Shown here: positions 7,346-18,300 of the stretch, piece by piece
How the letters are laid out: each line of letters begins with the position of its first letter
Numbering within the stretch: the first letter of the stretch is position 1
Origin: Nanobdellota archaeon
GTDB lineage: Archaea; Nanobdellota; Nanobdellia; Woesearchaeales; JBHPGL01
Direction of reading: 5' to 3'
Assembly: GCA_042570655.1 (NCBI GenBank)
Contig: JBHPGL010000001.1
Span: 1 to 49,313 of the forward strand
Length of the DNA stretch: 49,313 nt
Notes under the pieces: model-generated
Seen by the model: only the letters and a program-made list of their open reading frames with translations
What the model was told of the DNA's origin: nothing
The model's database searches: none
Made by a program: the position numbers and the translations under genes

Positions 7346-8596
7346 ATGAATCCAATGAATTTGAATGAACTCGAAGTCAAGGTATATAATAATACATTTT
7401 CTAATGATCTTTTTGATAAGAATAAAAATAGACTTTTAATAAGTTCTGGTACACAATTTGATAAAAAATATATTGATATGTTGTTAAATAGAGGGTATAA
7501 AGTTAATATTGAACATGTTGATTTGCCAAATAATGATATAAATGGAATTGATGAACCAAAATATGGTATTCTTGATTCCAGAATGAATTCTTTATTTAAT
7601 GTTGTACATGAGGATCATTTTCATTCGGAATTAGGTCTACAGATGTTATATGATGTTAGAAAGAATAAAGAGATAGGTCAGGAAATAAATAAAATCATAG
7701 TCGGTGATTTTAAAAAAACGTTCATGGGCAACATGTTTTTTGATTCTATAGACTGTATTAAAACAATGTTATATACAATTGCAAACAAGGAAAACAATAC
7801 TAATAAAAAGGCTTCAAAAGAAGGGGTTTTGCAGACTTATGAAAATAAAATTAAAATTGCTTTAGACGAAGAACTTGAAAAAGATCCCATGACTCATGTT
7901 TATCTTGAATCTTTAAGAGTTTATCAAGGAGATTATACTTTCTCACATTCATTATTTGTAGCAAAATGGGCTATAACACTTGCTAGTTCATTGAATTTGT
8001 ACAGTAAATTATTTGATTTAGATCTATTTTTTAATTTGGAAGAAACTTGTATTGCTGCACTAACCCATGATATTGGTAAGTTAGATAAAGATATCCAAGA
8101 TATATTATATATTAAAGAATGGACTAAAAAAGAAGTAGATCTCATGAAAAAACATCCTATTATCGGTAGAGATATGCTAATGGATAAGTTAAATATTGTT
8201 GGGAACAAAGCTGTTAAAAGCGCATATGAACACCATGAAAAGTTTGACGGTTCTGGTTATCCTAAAGGAAATGGAAATGTGGATATGATGTCTGCTTTAG
8301 TATCAATAGCTGATAAGTTTGATGCTATTTTCTTTAAAAGATTTTATCGGAAAAAAGAATTTACCATTCCTGAAGCTATTAATATTTTAATAAAAGAAGT
8401 TTATGGAGATAATTCAACTTCAATATTTTATAATAAATATTTTATGAACAATGGTGAAATTATTGATAATGGTATTAATTTAGGTGTTTATGATCCATTT
8501 TATGGTCCATTAAGCATGTTGTTTAAGATTACTAAATTGAAAGAAGTTATTTATTCTAAAGATTTTAGGTATGAGTATTTAATGGATGTTGCGTGA
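7346..8596 (+). CDS. HD-GYP domain protein (c-di-GMP phosphodiesterase-like) with an uncharacterised N-terminal domain
   Basis: Motifs seen: HD (AALTHDIGK), HPxxG (KKHPIIGRDML) and HHExxDGxGYP (EHHEKFDGSGYPKG). A TATA-like TTTTATTTAAAA (7309..7320) lies about 30 nt before the ATG, so the gene appears to have its own promoter and a very short leader. Confidence 0.85.
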   Translation: MNPMNLNELEVKVYNNTFSNDLFDKNKNRLLISSGTQFDKKYIDMLLNRGYKVNIEHVDLPNNDINGIDEPKYGILDSRMNSLFNVVHEDHFHSELGLQMLYDVRKNKEIGQEINKIIVGDFKKTFMGNMFFDSIDCIKTMLYTIANKENNTNKKASKEGVLQTYENKIKIALDEELEKDPMTHVYLESLRVYQGDYTFSHSLFVAKWAITLASSLNLYSKLFDLDLFFNLEETCIAALTHDIGKLDKDIQDILYIKEWTKKEVDLMKKHPIIGRDMLMDKLNIVGNKAVKSAYEHHEKFDGSGYPKGNGNVDMMSALVSIADKFDAIFFKRFYRKKEFTIPEAINILIKEVYGDNSTSIFYNKYFMNNGEIIDNGINLGVYDPFYGPLSMLFKITKLKEVIYSKDFRYEYLMDVA

Positions 8597-8620
8597 AGAG
8601 TTCTATTATTAAGTTCTTAT

Positions 8621-8650
8621 TAAAAATTTAAAAGAAAATAAAAAAATAAA
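8621..8650 (-). terminator. oligo-T tract after the 1033-aa gene
   Basis: On the minus strand the stop is followed immediately by TTTATTTTTTTATTTTCTTTTAAATTTTT. Confidence 0.45.
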
Positions 8651-11600
8651 TTATTTGGTTTTAGTCTTAATTTTTCTGACCATCAAGATCAAAAATCCAA
8701 TTCCAATTATTGCTAATAGTTCTAATACTAAAAATGCAATACCAGACCCACTTAATATAACGTTTCCGGATAATATACTGGATTTTGATTTTTCTTTTGC
8801 CTTATCTGACGCTCGTTCTGCTGCTTTTGATTTTTCTAATGCTGGTGTCATGTCTGATCCAATTTTTGAATTGATTTTATGACTTTTTCCAATACATTTG
8901 CCATTTTTATTCAATTTACCTTGGCAGATGTCCATTGTTACATCAGTATCATCTGGTATTGAACCAACTTCAACAACTCTAAACTGCAATACTTTTGTTT
9001 CTCCTGCTACAAATGTTTCTAAGCATCCTTCTATAGGTTCATAACCTTCTGGTACTTCTAAACAAACATCAACTGTCCAATCACTGTCACTAATAAAGAT
9101 GAATGGATACAGTTCTTCAGTTCCAGACCAAATAACATAATCAGGTTGGATTATTTCCAAATAAGAACCTTTGACTTCCTTTTTGTTTCCAGGAAGTTTT
9201 TTCTTACCACCACCATTTAGGTCAGGTACTTCTAACAATTGCAGATGTTTTTGTTTTAATTCTCCTAAAAGCAGATCAGAAGCACTAACACCAAGGTGTT
9301 TATCGTCGATGATAAATGTTGATCCATCAATTGTTAAATGTCTTCCAATAATCAGATAATCGCCTGGTTCTAATCCAATGATACAAATTCCGTCAGATCC
9401 AGTTATACATCCCCCTGCTGGTTCGCAGTTTTCATTTATATCAGGATAATTATGCCAGCTTATTCCATAACTAGCCGCACAACTTTCATCGGATTTATCA
9501 TATGCAGCCACAAACAATCCTGATAGTGGATATTTTACAGATCTTGGTTTTTTAGTTGTTTCTTCTATTGTATGTTTTACTGCAAAAACCTTTATTCCAG
9601 AAGGACAACCATTATAAGCTTCTGATCCTGCTGTGGTTGGACATTGATCAATTGGACCGCAATCTCCACCTTCTGCATTTAAACCATCACCATCTTCATC
9701 AGTACAAGTTGGACCGCATGATCCTGGTGTAAATGTGTAGATGTCGACTGTCAGACTACTGCCACCTTCACCTAAAGCAGTCGGTCTAATTTCCCATTTG
9801 TCATCAATATTAGAAGAGCTTCTAACACAAATAGGATATGGACCCATTACAGGCATCATTCCTGGTGCTCCATCTGGACTTGGTGCAAAATCTTCTGGAA
9901 GAGCTATTGCACAATCTATAGCTATTCCACCTGGTCCCATTGCAAAATCTAGAAGCATTCCATCTGCTGTTCCTGGTAGTAAGAAACCACCCATAATTGC
10001 CCAATCAATTAATTGTTGAACTGCTAATGCAGTTGTTCCACTAGGGTCTGAGAAGAACCAAAGGTCAGATGTTGGTGCACTTAATGCAACTCCTTCATCA
10101 TCATCGAATGCAACATCATTTACAAAATCTATTGCGGCCAGTAATACCTTTCCAGAAACTACTTGAGTATATATTGGATCTGGTAATACTGCACCAACAC
10201 ATTCTCCCCAAACATAACCTAATTCATTTTCTATACATGTTTGTGTTCCTAATTCACAAGCTGTTGGACCACCACAATCACTTGTTTCTCCAAGAGTACA
10301 TTCATAGATCATACAATCTTCTGGACAGTTAAGTGTATCCTCACCGCTTTCTTCATCACAAATACCGTCGCCGCAGTTAATGCCACAAGGGATACACATT
10401 GGTGCTGGATCACATTGTGAGCCATATACAAAGCCGCAACAGCATTCCCATTCTGCACTTGCGCATCCTTTACCGTCTCTAAAACAACCATTGCCACAGT
10501 CATCAGGACAGTTGTTGACGTCTTCATCTGGATCACAATTACCATCACCACAATAAGCTTCTTGACCGCATTTATAGCCAGATGAACACTCGCTTGTGTC
10601 TACATTATAAGCTTGTCCTGAACAACAATCTGCTATTTCTTCAGAATCTTCTGAACATTGACCGTCTTGTGTGCAGCATTCATCAAAACAAGTTTTCCAA
10701 TATTCATAATTTTCTCCTGAATTATCACATTCTCCATTACCACAATAGAAATCATAGGTAGCACAACCACCAATCGCGTCGCCTGGTGCTCCATTATCAA
10801 GCCAATCACTTGCTGTATTACAATAATTGTTTATTCCAACACAATTAGTACAACCACCATTTTCAACATCAAAATCATTTCCAGTTCTTAGATAATTGTT
10901 CTGTGCTGTTAAACTATCTGAATTGAATATATAAACACCTGTTAATCCACCTATAACTTCGTTATTATCGATTAAAATATTACTTCCTGAAACTCTAAGT
11001 CCAATAAAATTAGTAGATGTAGGATCTGCATTTATATTATTATTTTGAATAATTAAATCATTTCCTATTGCTGTAATTCCATTTGTTGCACTATTAAAAG
11101 TATTATCAGCAATTGTATTGCCATTACCCGACACACTTATTCCATCAGAACCTTGGAAAGTATTATATTGAACAGTTCCAGTATTAAGAGTAACACTTAA
11201 ACTTTTTCCATTAAAATTATTGTTGGTTATGAATGAATTTGAACTTGCAAAATCTGCATTATCCCTGTCAATTAATATTGCAATAACATCATTAAAAGTG
11301 TTACCATCTATCAGAGCATTGCTTGTATACTCCAGATCAAGTGCATTATCTGTAAATCCTGTAAATGTATTTCCTATAATTCTTATATCATTAGAATCAA
11401 CATTATCTTCTATACCATAAGTAGCACCATTACCTTCAAACTGACAATTTCTAATCTCAATATTATCAGGAGTACTAACACCTACATCTTCACGCAAACT
11501 AATCGCGTTCGTATAAGTAGGGTCGAGGATAACTCGATAATTGTTACATTCAAGAACAACTCCTGTTCCATGTATTGTGAAAGCAGTCCATCCGGGATTA

Positions 11601-11752
11601 GAAGAGCAATCCATGTCTTCTGACAATATATATGTATTGCCTGAAGTTAATGCTTTTCCACAATTTGCTGATGTTAAATATTCTGTTGCAGCACTTGCGC
11701 TGCTTATTAAAAATATACTTAATAACAATAGAATTAATTCTCTAATCCTCAT
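8651..11752 (-). CDS. secreted, C-terminally membrane-anchored beta-helix / Cys-rich surface protein (1033 aa from the ATG at 11752)
   Basis: The track ORF starts at TTG (11794). The ATG at 11752 has GGTGAT 3 nt upstream and gives a signal peptide [25 protein letters not shown]. Parallel beta-helix (NosD/CASH-like) N-rich repeats cover about aa 40-330. CG[DN]GxC[DE]...NCP[DE]DC cassettes follow (CGDGNCDPDEDVNNCPDDCG, CGDGICDEESGEDTLNCPEDC). The C-terminus has a TM helix IAFLVLELLAIIGIGFLILMV followed by RKIKTKTK. Confidence 0.85.
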   Translation of the reverse strand: MRIRELILLLLSIFLISSASAATEYLTSANCGKALTSGNTYILSEDMDCSSNPGWTAFTIHGTGVVLECNNYRVILDPTYTNAISLREDVGVSTPDNIEIRNCQFEGNGATYGIEDNVDSNDIRIIGNTFTGFTDNALDLEYTSNALIDGNTFNDVIAILIDRDNADFASSNSFITNNNFNGKSLSVTLNTGTVQYNTFQGSDGISVSGNGNTIADNTFNSATNGITAIGNDLIIQNNNINADPTSTNFIGLRVSGSNILIDNNEVIGGLTGVYIFNSDSLTAQNNYLRTGNDFDVENGGCTNCVGINNYCNTASDWLDNGAPGDAIGGCATYDFYCGNGECDNSGENYEYWKTCFDECCTQDGQCSEDSEEIADCCSGQAYNVDTSECSSGYKCGQEAYCGDGNCDPDEDVNNCPDDCGNGCFRDGKGCASAEWECCCGFVYGSQCDPAPMCIPCGINCGDGICDEESGEDTLNCPEDCMIYECTLGETSDCGGPTACELGTQTCIENELGYVWGECVGAVLPDPIYTQVVSGKVLLAAIDFVNDVAFDDDEGVALSAPTSDLWFFSDPSGTTALAVQQLIDWAIMGGFLLPGTADGMLLDFAMGPGGIAIDCAIALPEDFAPSPDGAPGMMPVMGPYPICVRSSSNIDDKWEIRPTALGEGGSSLTVDIYTFTPGSCGPTCTDEDGDGLNAEGGDCGPIDQCPTTAGSEAYNGCPSGIKVFAVKHTIEETTKKPRSVKYPLSGLFVAAYDKSDESCAASYGISWHNYPDINENCEPAGGCITGSDGICIIGLEPGDYLIIGRHLTIDGSTFIIDDKHLGVSASDLLLGELKQKHLQLLEVPDLNGGGKKKLPGNKKEVKGSYLEIIQPDYVIWSGTEELYPFIFISDSDWTVDVCLEVPEGYEPIEGCLETFVAGETKVLQFRVVEVGSIPDDTDVTMDICQGKLNKNGKCIGKSHKINSKIGSDMTPALEKSKAAERASDKAKEKSKSSILSGNVILSGSGIAFLVLELLAIIGIGFLILMVRKIKTKTK

Positions 11753-11812
11753 AATATCACCTTTTTTTTTAAATATTAATAATAATTTTAACAATGTAAA
11801 AAAGAGGCATAT

Positions 11813-11872
11813 ATAAAAGTTGCTATAAAAGTTGCTATAAATATTGTTATAAATGTTGTTATAAAAATTTGA
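11813..11872. repeat. 12-bp tandem repeat x5, degenerating (ATAAAAGTTGCT x2, ATAAATATTGTT, ATAAATGTTGTT, ATAAAAATTTGA)
   Basis: Read directly. It lies 60-120 nt upstream of the ATG at 11752 of the beta-helix gene, on the minus strand. Confidence 0.85.
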
Positions 11873-11986
11873 TAATTTAAGTTAATCAGGGTAAGAAAAA
11901 ATAATAGAATAAGAAAAAATTAATCTAATTTGCACTATACTTATTGTTGTTTCTTGTACTTTACTTATTACTATTTCTATCAGTTT

Positions 11987-12277
11987 TTATTTCATTGCTT
12001 CCAAACAAATTTGCTTAAATTCATCACTTGCTTTGTCACAATAACTTGCATCACCAGAATCCATCGCTAAAACAGTATAACAGTAATCATTTAATTCTTC
12101 AGCTGTCTTATCAGGGTTTTCAGCTTTAATGCCTTCAACACATTCGTCCATGGTTATTGAGTCATCATCTGTAACTGAATTACTGTTTACTTCTGAGGAT
12201 TGATTATTGTTGCAACCACCAATAATTAGTGTTAGTACTATAAAGACTAAGATTATTGCTGTAATTATCTTTTTCAT
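11987..12277 (-). CDS. small secreted / lipoprotein-like protein
   Basis: GAGGTGA lies 4 nt upstream of the ATG. The N-terminus MKKIITAIILVFIVLTLIIGGC/NNNQ has a lipobox-like IGGC. The mature part is acidic and has 5 Cys after the lipobox Cys. Confidence 0.6.
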   Translation of the reverse strand: MKKIITAIILVFIVLTLIIGGCNNNQSSEVNSNSVTDDDSITMDECVEGIKAENPDKTAEELNDYCYTVLAMDSGDASYCDKASDEFKQICLEAMK

Positions 12278-12317
12278 TAAATCACCTCAAGTTTAATAAA
12301 TATTGTGAATATTATCA

Positions 12318-12343
12318 TATTTTTTAATAATAAAATAAAAAAT
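12318..12343 (-). terminator. T-rich tract directly after the giant-gene stop
   Basis: On the minus strand, TAA is followed by ATTTTTTATTTTATTATTAAAAAA. Confidence 0.4.
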
Positions 12344-15300
12344 TTAACAAAGTTCTCCTGCATCTTTACTTGTTCCTGAAATAACGGTAAAGTCTCCCAT
12401 TGTTAATTCAGGGTATATTGGTTGTGAACAAGAGGTATGGATTTTTATTGCCAGCACATCATCATACCAGGCAGATATTTCTGAGCTCATTGTATTGTCT
12501 GATCTTATTCCTGTAAATGAAATTTGTTGTCCTGTTGTTACAGATCCACTATAAAGCACTTTTTCTGCTCTTGCATCTTTCCCTTCATATATTGTTAAAT
12601 TTGTATTTAATCCATTATATTCAAGATTTAATTGGGTTACACCACCATGACACGCACAGCCATTATCTATAGCACATTTTGTTACTAATTCACCGCTTCC
12701 ATCTTCTACAACATTTGTGATTTCCCATCCGTCAATAAGTTGTCCTTCTGCTAAACATTTTGAACATGAGGTATGGATCTTTACATAATTTCCTTGACTA
12801 TCTGCCAATTCAGTATCTGATTTTATTGGATCAATAGTAATCAATTCACCTGCTGGTGAACGTACAGATAATGAATCAATACAGTTAGTATCCTTTTCAA
12901 AACATTTTGATGCCATTTCTCCTGTTGGATCTGCCAATTCTGTTACAACCCATCCATTGTCGTAAAAATTTTCAAACAGACAATCATTACATTCTGTATG
13001 GATAGATTCTGAGTTACCTTGGTTATCTGTAAATGATGTATCTTTTAATATTGCTGTTGCTGTCAATTCTTGTCCTGTAGGTGATCTTACTGTTATTGTA
13101 TCAAGGCAGCTTTCATCAGAAGTAGATGCACATTTTGCAACTAGTTTACCTTCTTCATTCTCAATAACATTATTAATTGTCCATCCATTAGTCATAAAAC
13201 CGTCATATAAACATCGTGAACAAGATGTATGGATTTTTACATAATTGCCTTGACTGTCCCAAAACTCTGTGTCAGATTTAATTGGATTGACAGTTATTGT
13301 TTCTCCTAATGGAGATTGCATTGTTAATGAGTCAATGCAATTGCCATCCTTTTCAATGCATTTTGCTTCCATTAATCCACTGGTATCAATAATGTCAATT
13401 ACTGTCCAACCTTCTTTTTGGTAGTTGTCAAAAAGACATTCATTGCATTCTGTATGGATTTTTACTGAGGATCCATAACTGTCAGTAAATATTGTATCTT
13501 TATCTCTTGCATTTCTTGATACTGTTTCGCCATTTGGCGATAATACTGTTACTGAATCTAAGCAACTTTCGTCGTGTGAATAACAATAGTTTGATAATCT
13601 ACCATCTTCAGTAATACTGGTTATTGTCCATCCATGGTTTTGGTCACCAACATCTATACATGTTCCACAAGATGTATCTAAAGTTAATGTTTCATTTGTT
13701 ATTGGGTCGATAAATGATGTTACTGTATTTGATACTAAATCGCCTACTGCTGAAAGAGGTATTCCTGAAGGTCCTTCAACTGAAATTTCACTTATACAAC
13801 TTGTTAAAGTAATATCTTCACAGTTTTTATTCTTGTTAAGATATTTCCATGCTTTCTTATATCCGTCGATCTTTTTCTTATTTTCTGTTTCTGATTCTGC
13901 TTTGTTGAACTTTTCTGTTGCCTTATCCTTATCACTTCCATCTGGAGCTTCGTTGATAGCTGTTAAAGCAATTAATCTATCTGCTTCAACTATGTCTTCT
14001 ATTAATGGAGCAAGTAATGGCACTAATGCTGGATCATTAATTTTTTCTAAATGATATACAGCTTTCTTTTCATCGTCAAACACTTTATGACCATGTTTAC
14101 AATGTAGATGCACTGAATCATACCAGTATATTTTGTCATCTCCACCAAGGACTCTGTTACCTAAACTTAATGTTAATTCTTTAATTGAATAATCTAATTC
14201 TTTTCGTGCTTTATCATCACTAGTTGTTAATGTTTTTAATATATCTAATACATCTTCTTTTAATGTACCTGAACAACCTTCATCAATTACACCATCACAA
14301 TCATCATCAACATTATTACAGATTTCTACTGCTGCTGGATTAATATTTGGATTATAGTCGTTACATTCTCCACCATCAATAATCCATGGACAGATTATGC
14401 TTCGTGTTTCGTCCCATGAAGCCCATTCTTCATCTGTGACATAAGAGTCTCCGTCAATATCTCCACAGAAATCGTCACAATCCAATTCGTAATCGTCAAA
14501 TGGATTACAGTTTTTATTTATTGGAAGATGGTCTGTGGAACAAATATCGAATGCGTCAGGATTTTCCAGTGGATCATAATCATTACAATCGTCGTCAACA
14601 ATTAAATATCCTGGAGGTAATTCGCAAACTATTTGGGTATTTGTTAAGTTACCGAAATCATCCTCGTCATTATCATAATATACTGTTATTGGAGGTAATT
14701 CATCGCAATTATCTATTAATTGACCGTTAATACATTCAAGGAGTCCTGTATTAGCACAGAAACCTAAACCGCAATGGGTTACTGAAGGTTCATATTCGTC
14801 ATCAATTATTCCATCACAATCATTATCTATTCCGTTACATATTGCATCTAGTTCACCTGGGTTAATATCAGCATTATTATCGTCACAGTCAAAATTACTA
14901 TAATAATCGTCTAAATCATTGTCAATATCAACTTTAATTATTTCTGATTTAATAGTTTCAACATTACCTGCAATATCAATTGAATGATACCTTACATAAT
15001 ATACACCAAATGTTGACATATCAAATTGGCCGTCATAAATTTCATTAGGTACGCATGTTCCTGCTTGATCAACACAATATTTTATTACATCAATTTCTGA
15101 AACTGCATCTGTTGCTGATAATGAGACTAGTGCTGGAGAATAATACCAATCGTCATAAGGTACATCTTCAAATGTTCCGTCAACTGTGATAGTAGTTACA
15201 GGCGGTGTTATATCCACTAAGATTTGAACTGTATCAAATGATGTTAATCCTGCTAAGTCCCAGCATTGTACTGAAAGGTTATGATAACCTTCAGGTATTG

Positions 15301-18300
15301 TTAAAGTTGCTGTTGCTGTACCTGAAACTAAACCATCCCCTGCCATTTCTTGCCATGGAGCGTTATCATATCTTGCTTGACAATTAACTTCATAAGTATT
15401 TCCATAATCAGCTTCAACATATATTGATTGTGTTGTAAACATTTGTCCTGCATTTGGAGCAATAATACTTACACCTGGTTGTTCTGTATCTACCTTCTTA
15501 CATATTTCATTAGATATTGAATAATGTTCAAGATTATCATATGCTCTTAACTGATAACAATATTCTGTATCTGTGAATAAACCTGTATCAACAATTGATA
15601 ATGCAGATAGGTCTCCATTCTGTTGAGTATATGATTCAGTAATACCAGCTGCTGAGTCGGCTGTTGCTTTTCTCCACAACTCATAATGACTTAATCCTGA
15701 ATTATCAGGTAGAGGCAAGTCTTGTACAGCTATCCATGATAAGCTAATATTACCACTTGTACTCCAAAGACCTGTTGGATCTGTCACTGATAATGTTGAT
15801 TGTTGTGGTTCACTTAAATCAATCTTAACAATTGCTGATTTAGTTAATTCAGCATTTCCACCAGGTACATAACCTGAATTATCAACACTATAATATCTTA
15901 TATAATTAATTCCTTCTTGACTTATAGGTACAGGACCTGTATACATATCAGATGGTAAACATGTATCTAATTGATCAACACAATAATATGTTGTTATTGG
16001 ACCACAGCTTTCAATCGGATCAGTTGCTGTCAATGTTACTGAAACTGATGAACCTTGCCAATCTGATAAGGCGTTATCAGATGTTGTTGGTGCTGTTTGA
16101 TCATTTTCATCAACTAGTATATTACAATTATCATCAATTAAATTACATACTTCGTCTGCGCCTGGATTAATATTTGCATTTGTATCGTCACAATCTTCTA
16201 AATCAGGTATTGGACATGAGGATACGTCTGTACCTGCTGCACCATAACCATCTTCATCATTATCTTCACATGTCAGTTCTGGACATCCACCATTAAATAA
16301 TGGACCTGCTTCGTTTGGACAATCGTCACATACATCGCCTAAACCATCTAAGTCTGTATCTATTTGATTTGGATTTGGATCTGTTGCACAATTATCTGGA
16401 GGTTCTGGAATTCCGTCATCATCGTCGTCAGGATAATCTGTCATATCGGATACAACGAATTTACCTGTCCATCTCCAATTCTTAGCTGCACACACACCTT
16501 GGTCTGCATCACAATAATATGTGATTTCTTGCCATTGGCCACTTGTTACATTAAACCAGAACATTACAGGTTCTGTACCTTCTTGATTTTTAGTTTTTAG
16601 ATAAACTAAAACATTTCTATCTGGTGTATGTTGGTTTTCTGGACCGATACTATACACAGCTGACATTGGTATACCATATGGGAATGAATAAGATTCTGTT
16701 ACATATGCATAACCATTAGCTACATCTACACCTTGATTATCATATACCCAAGATGTATGGAACGTTGACCAACAATAAAGATATTTGCCTTGATAATATC
16801 GGCATTTTGCTTGATCATTTTTATGTTGGTTTTGCATATAGAATGCATCCAATTCATATCTGGAAGCAAACGGATCAAAATCACTTGCATCTGAAAACGG
16901 TGGATTATAGTTACCCCAAAAGTTTGGTAAACCTTGAGGATGTCTAATAATACTGCCTGTTTCTGGACTGGAATACCAGTAATCCTGGATATTTAACAGA
17001 TTAGTTGAATAGATTGTACCGTTAACCATATTGATTCCTTCATTAACTTTAAACGCTTGCATTCTATTAATCTCTGAATTGATTAATGGACCACCTAACG
17101 AATCAACGTAAGATGTTGATGTAAATTTAATATAGTTGTCATATGAATTGGTTGCATCTATTAAGGTTGAAATAAAATTATATTTACCTGAATAAATAAA
17201 GTTACCGCTACTGTCATCCAAGATAATAGCTGTTCCTGCATTATCAAGTATTGATGGGTCATAACCTTTTACACCTTTCTTATTATTCAAATAGATTGTT
17301 CGAATATCATTATCATTTGAATCTGGTCCGTAATAAATTCCTGCTGTTGTAAAGTTTGCAATGAAATTATAGTATAAGACTATTTGAGGATTTTCTTGAC
17401 CATTTTCGTATGACTTAATTGCTGTATCTGATTGGAAGATATGGCAACCAAACATTTTTATTAAATCTGTTTCAGGTGCTTCATCATAACCTAAAATAAA
17501 TGAATCTGTATCATAGTTACCTATGATCTTTGAACCTGAACAATAAAGTTCACTATCTACAATTACTGAAGTGTCTTCAGGAAGATAATATGTACCTGGA
17601 CACAAGACTGTTGGTTCTGTTATATGATCTGTATAATATTGGCCTGTTCCAAATGGTATTTTCTGACTTGTATTCAACACATAACATGCAGTTGCAACAG
17701 CATAATGATCGTTACAATCTGATACTGTAAAATTACACCAATTATTTTCACAATCTGCTGGATAAGGACTCCATATTTCTGTTTCTGAATCTAACACATA
17801 AGTGTATACTTCTGAAGGTAAGAAACCATTTGGATATTTTACCTGTACAAACATACCGCTTGAACAGTCTAAATCTTCACACTGTGAATCTTTAATATCT
17901 AAACTTGCTGCTCTTACTACTACTGATGAACCTATCACATCGTTAGGGAAGATTTCTTCCAATAAGACATTTGTATCATCTGCAAATGTGCCTGCAGGTA
18001 TTTGTGCCCTAACTCTATTTGCACCTGTTCTCATTAATCTTGATTCGCCTGATGGAATATTTCTTTGTCCTTTACTATCAATACACCAATTTGAAGCATC
18101 TTCTACACAGATATCTTCTGCATTAATTATTCCGTCATTATCATAGTCTACATCCATTTCTGGTGGAATTACTGTTAAACATTGTGGATCTGAAGGTTCG
18201 CCTGGAACTATGACAACTGGTTCAGTTGTATCACATACATCACCCAATCCATCACCATCTTCATCTTCTTGACCTGGATTCCATATACTTACACAATTGT

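Noticed and set aside
7933-8208. 91-aa minus-strand ORF
   Set aside because: It is antisense to the HD-GYP gene and has no supporting signals.
11753-11794. TTG-initiated 14-codon N-terminal extension of the beta-helix protein (track start 11794)
   Set aside because: The ATG at 11752 has a GGTGAT SD and yields a canonical signal peptide starting at residue 1. The extension (MLKLLLIFKKKGDI) has no SD.
11813-11872. Possible CRISPR array; also considered for the in-gene tandem repeats
   Set aside because: The repeats are 12 bp long and directly abutting with no spacers. The larger repeats in the window are in-frame protein repeats, and no cas genes are present.
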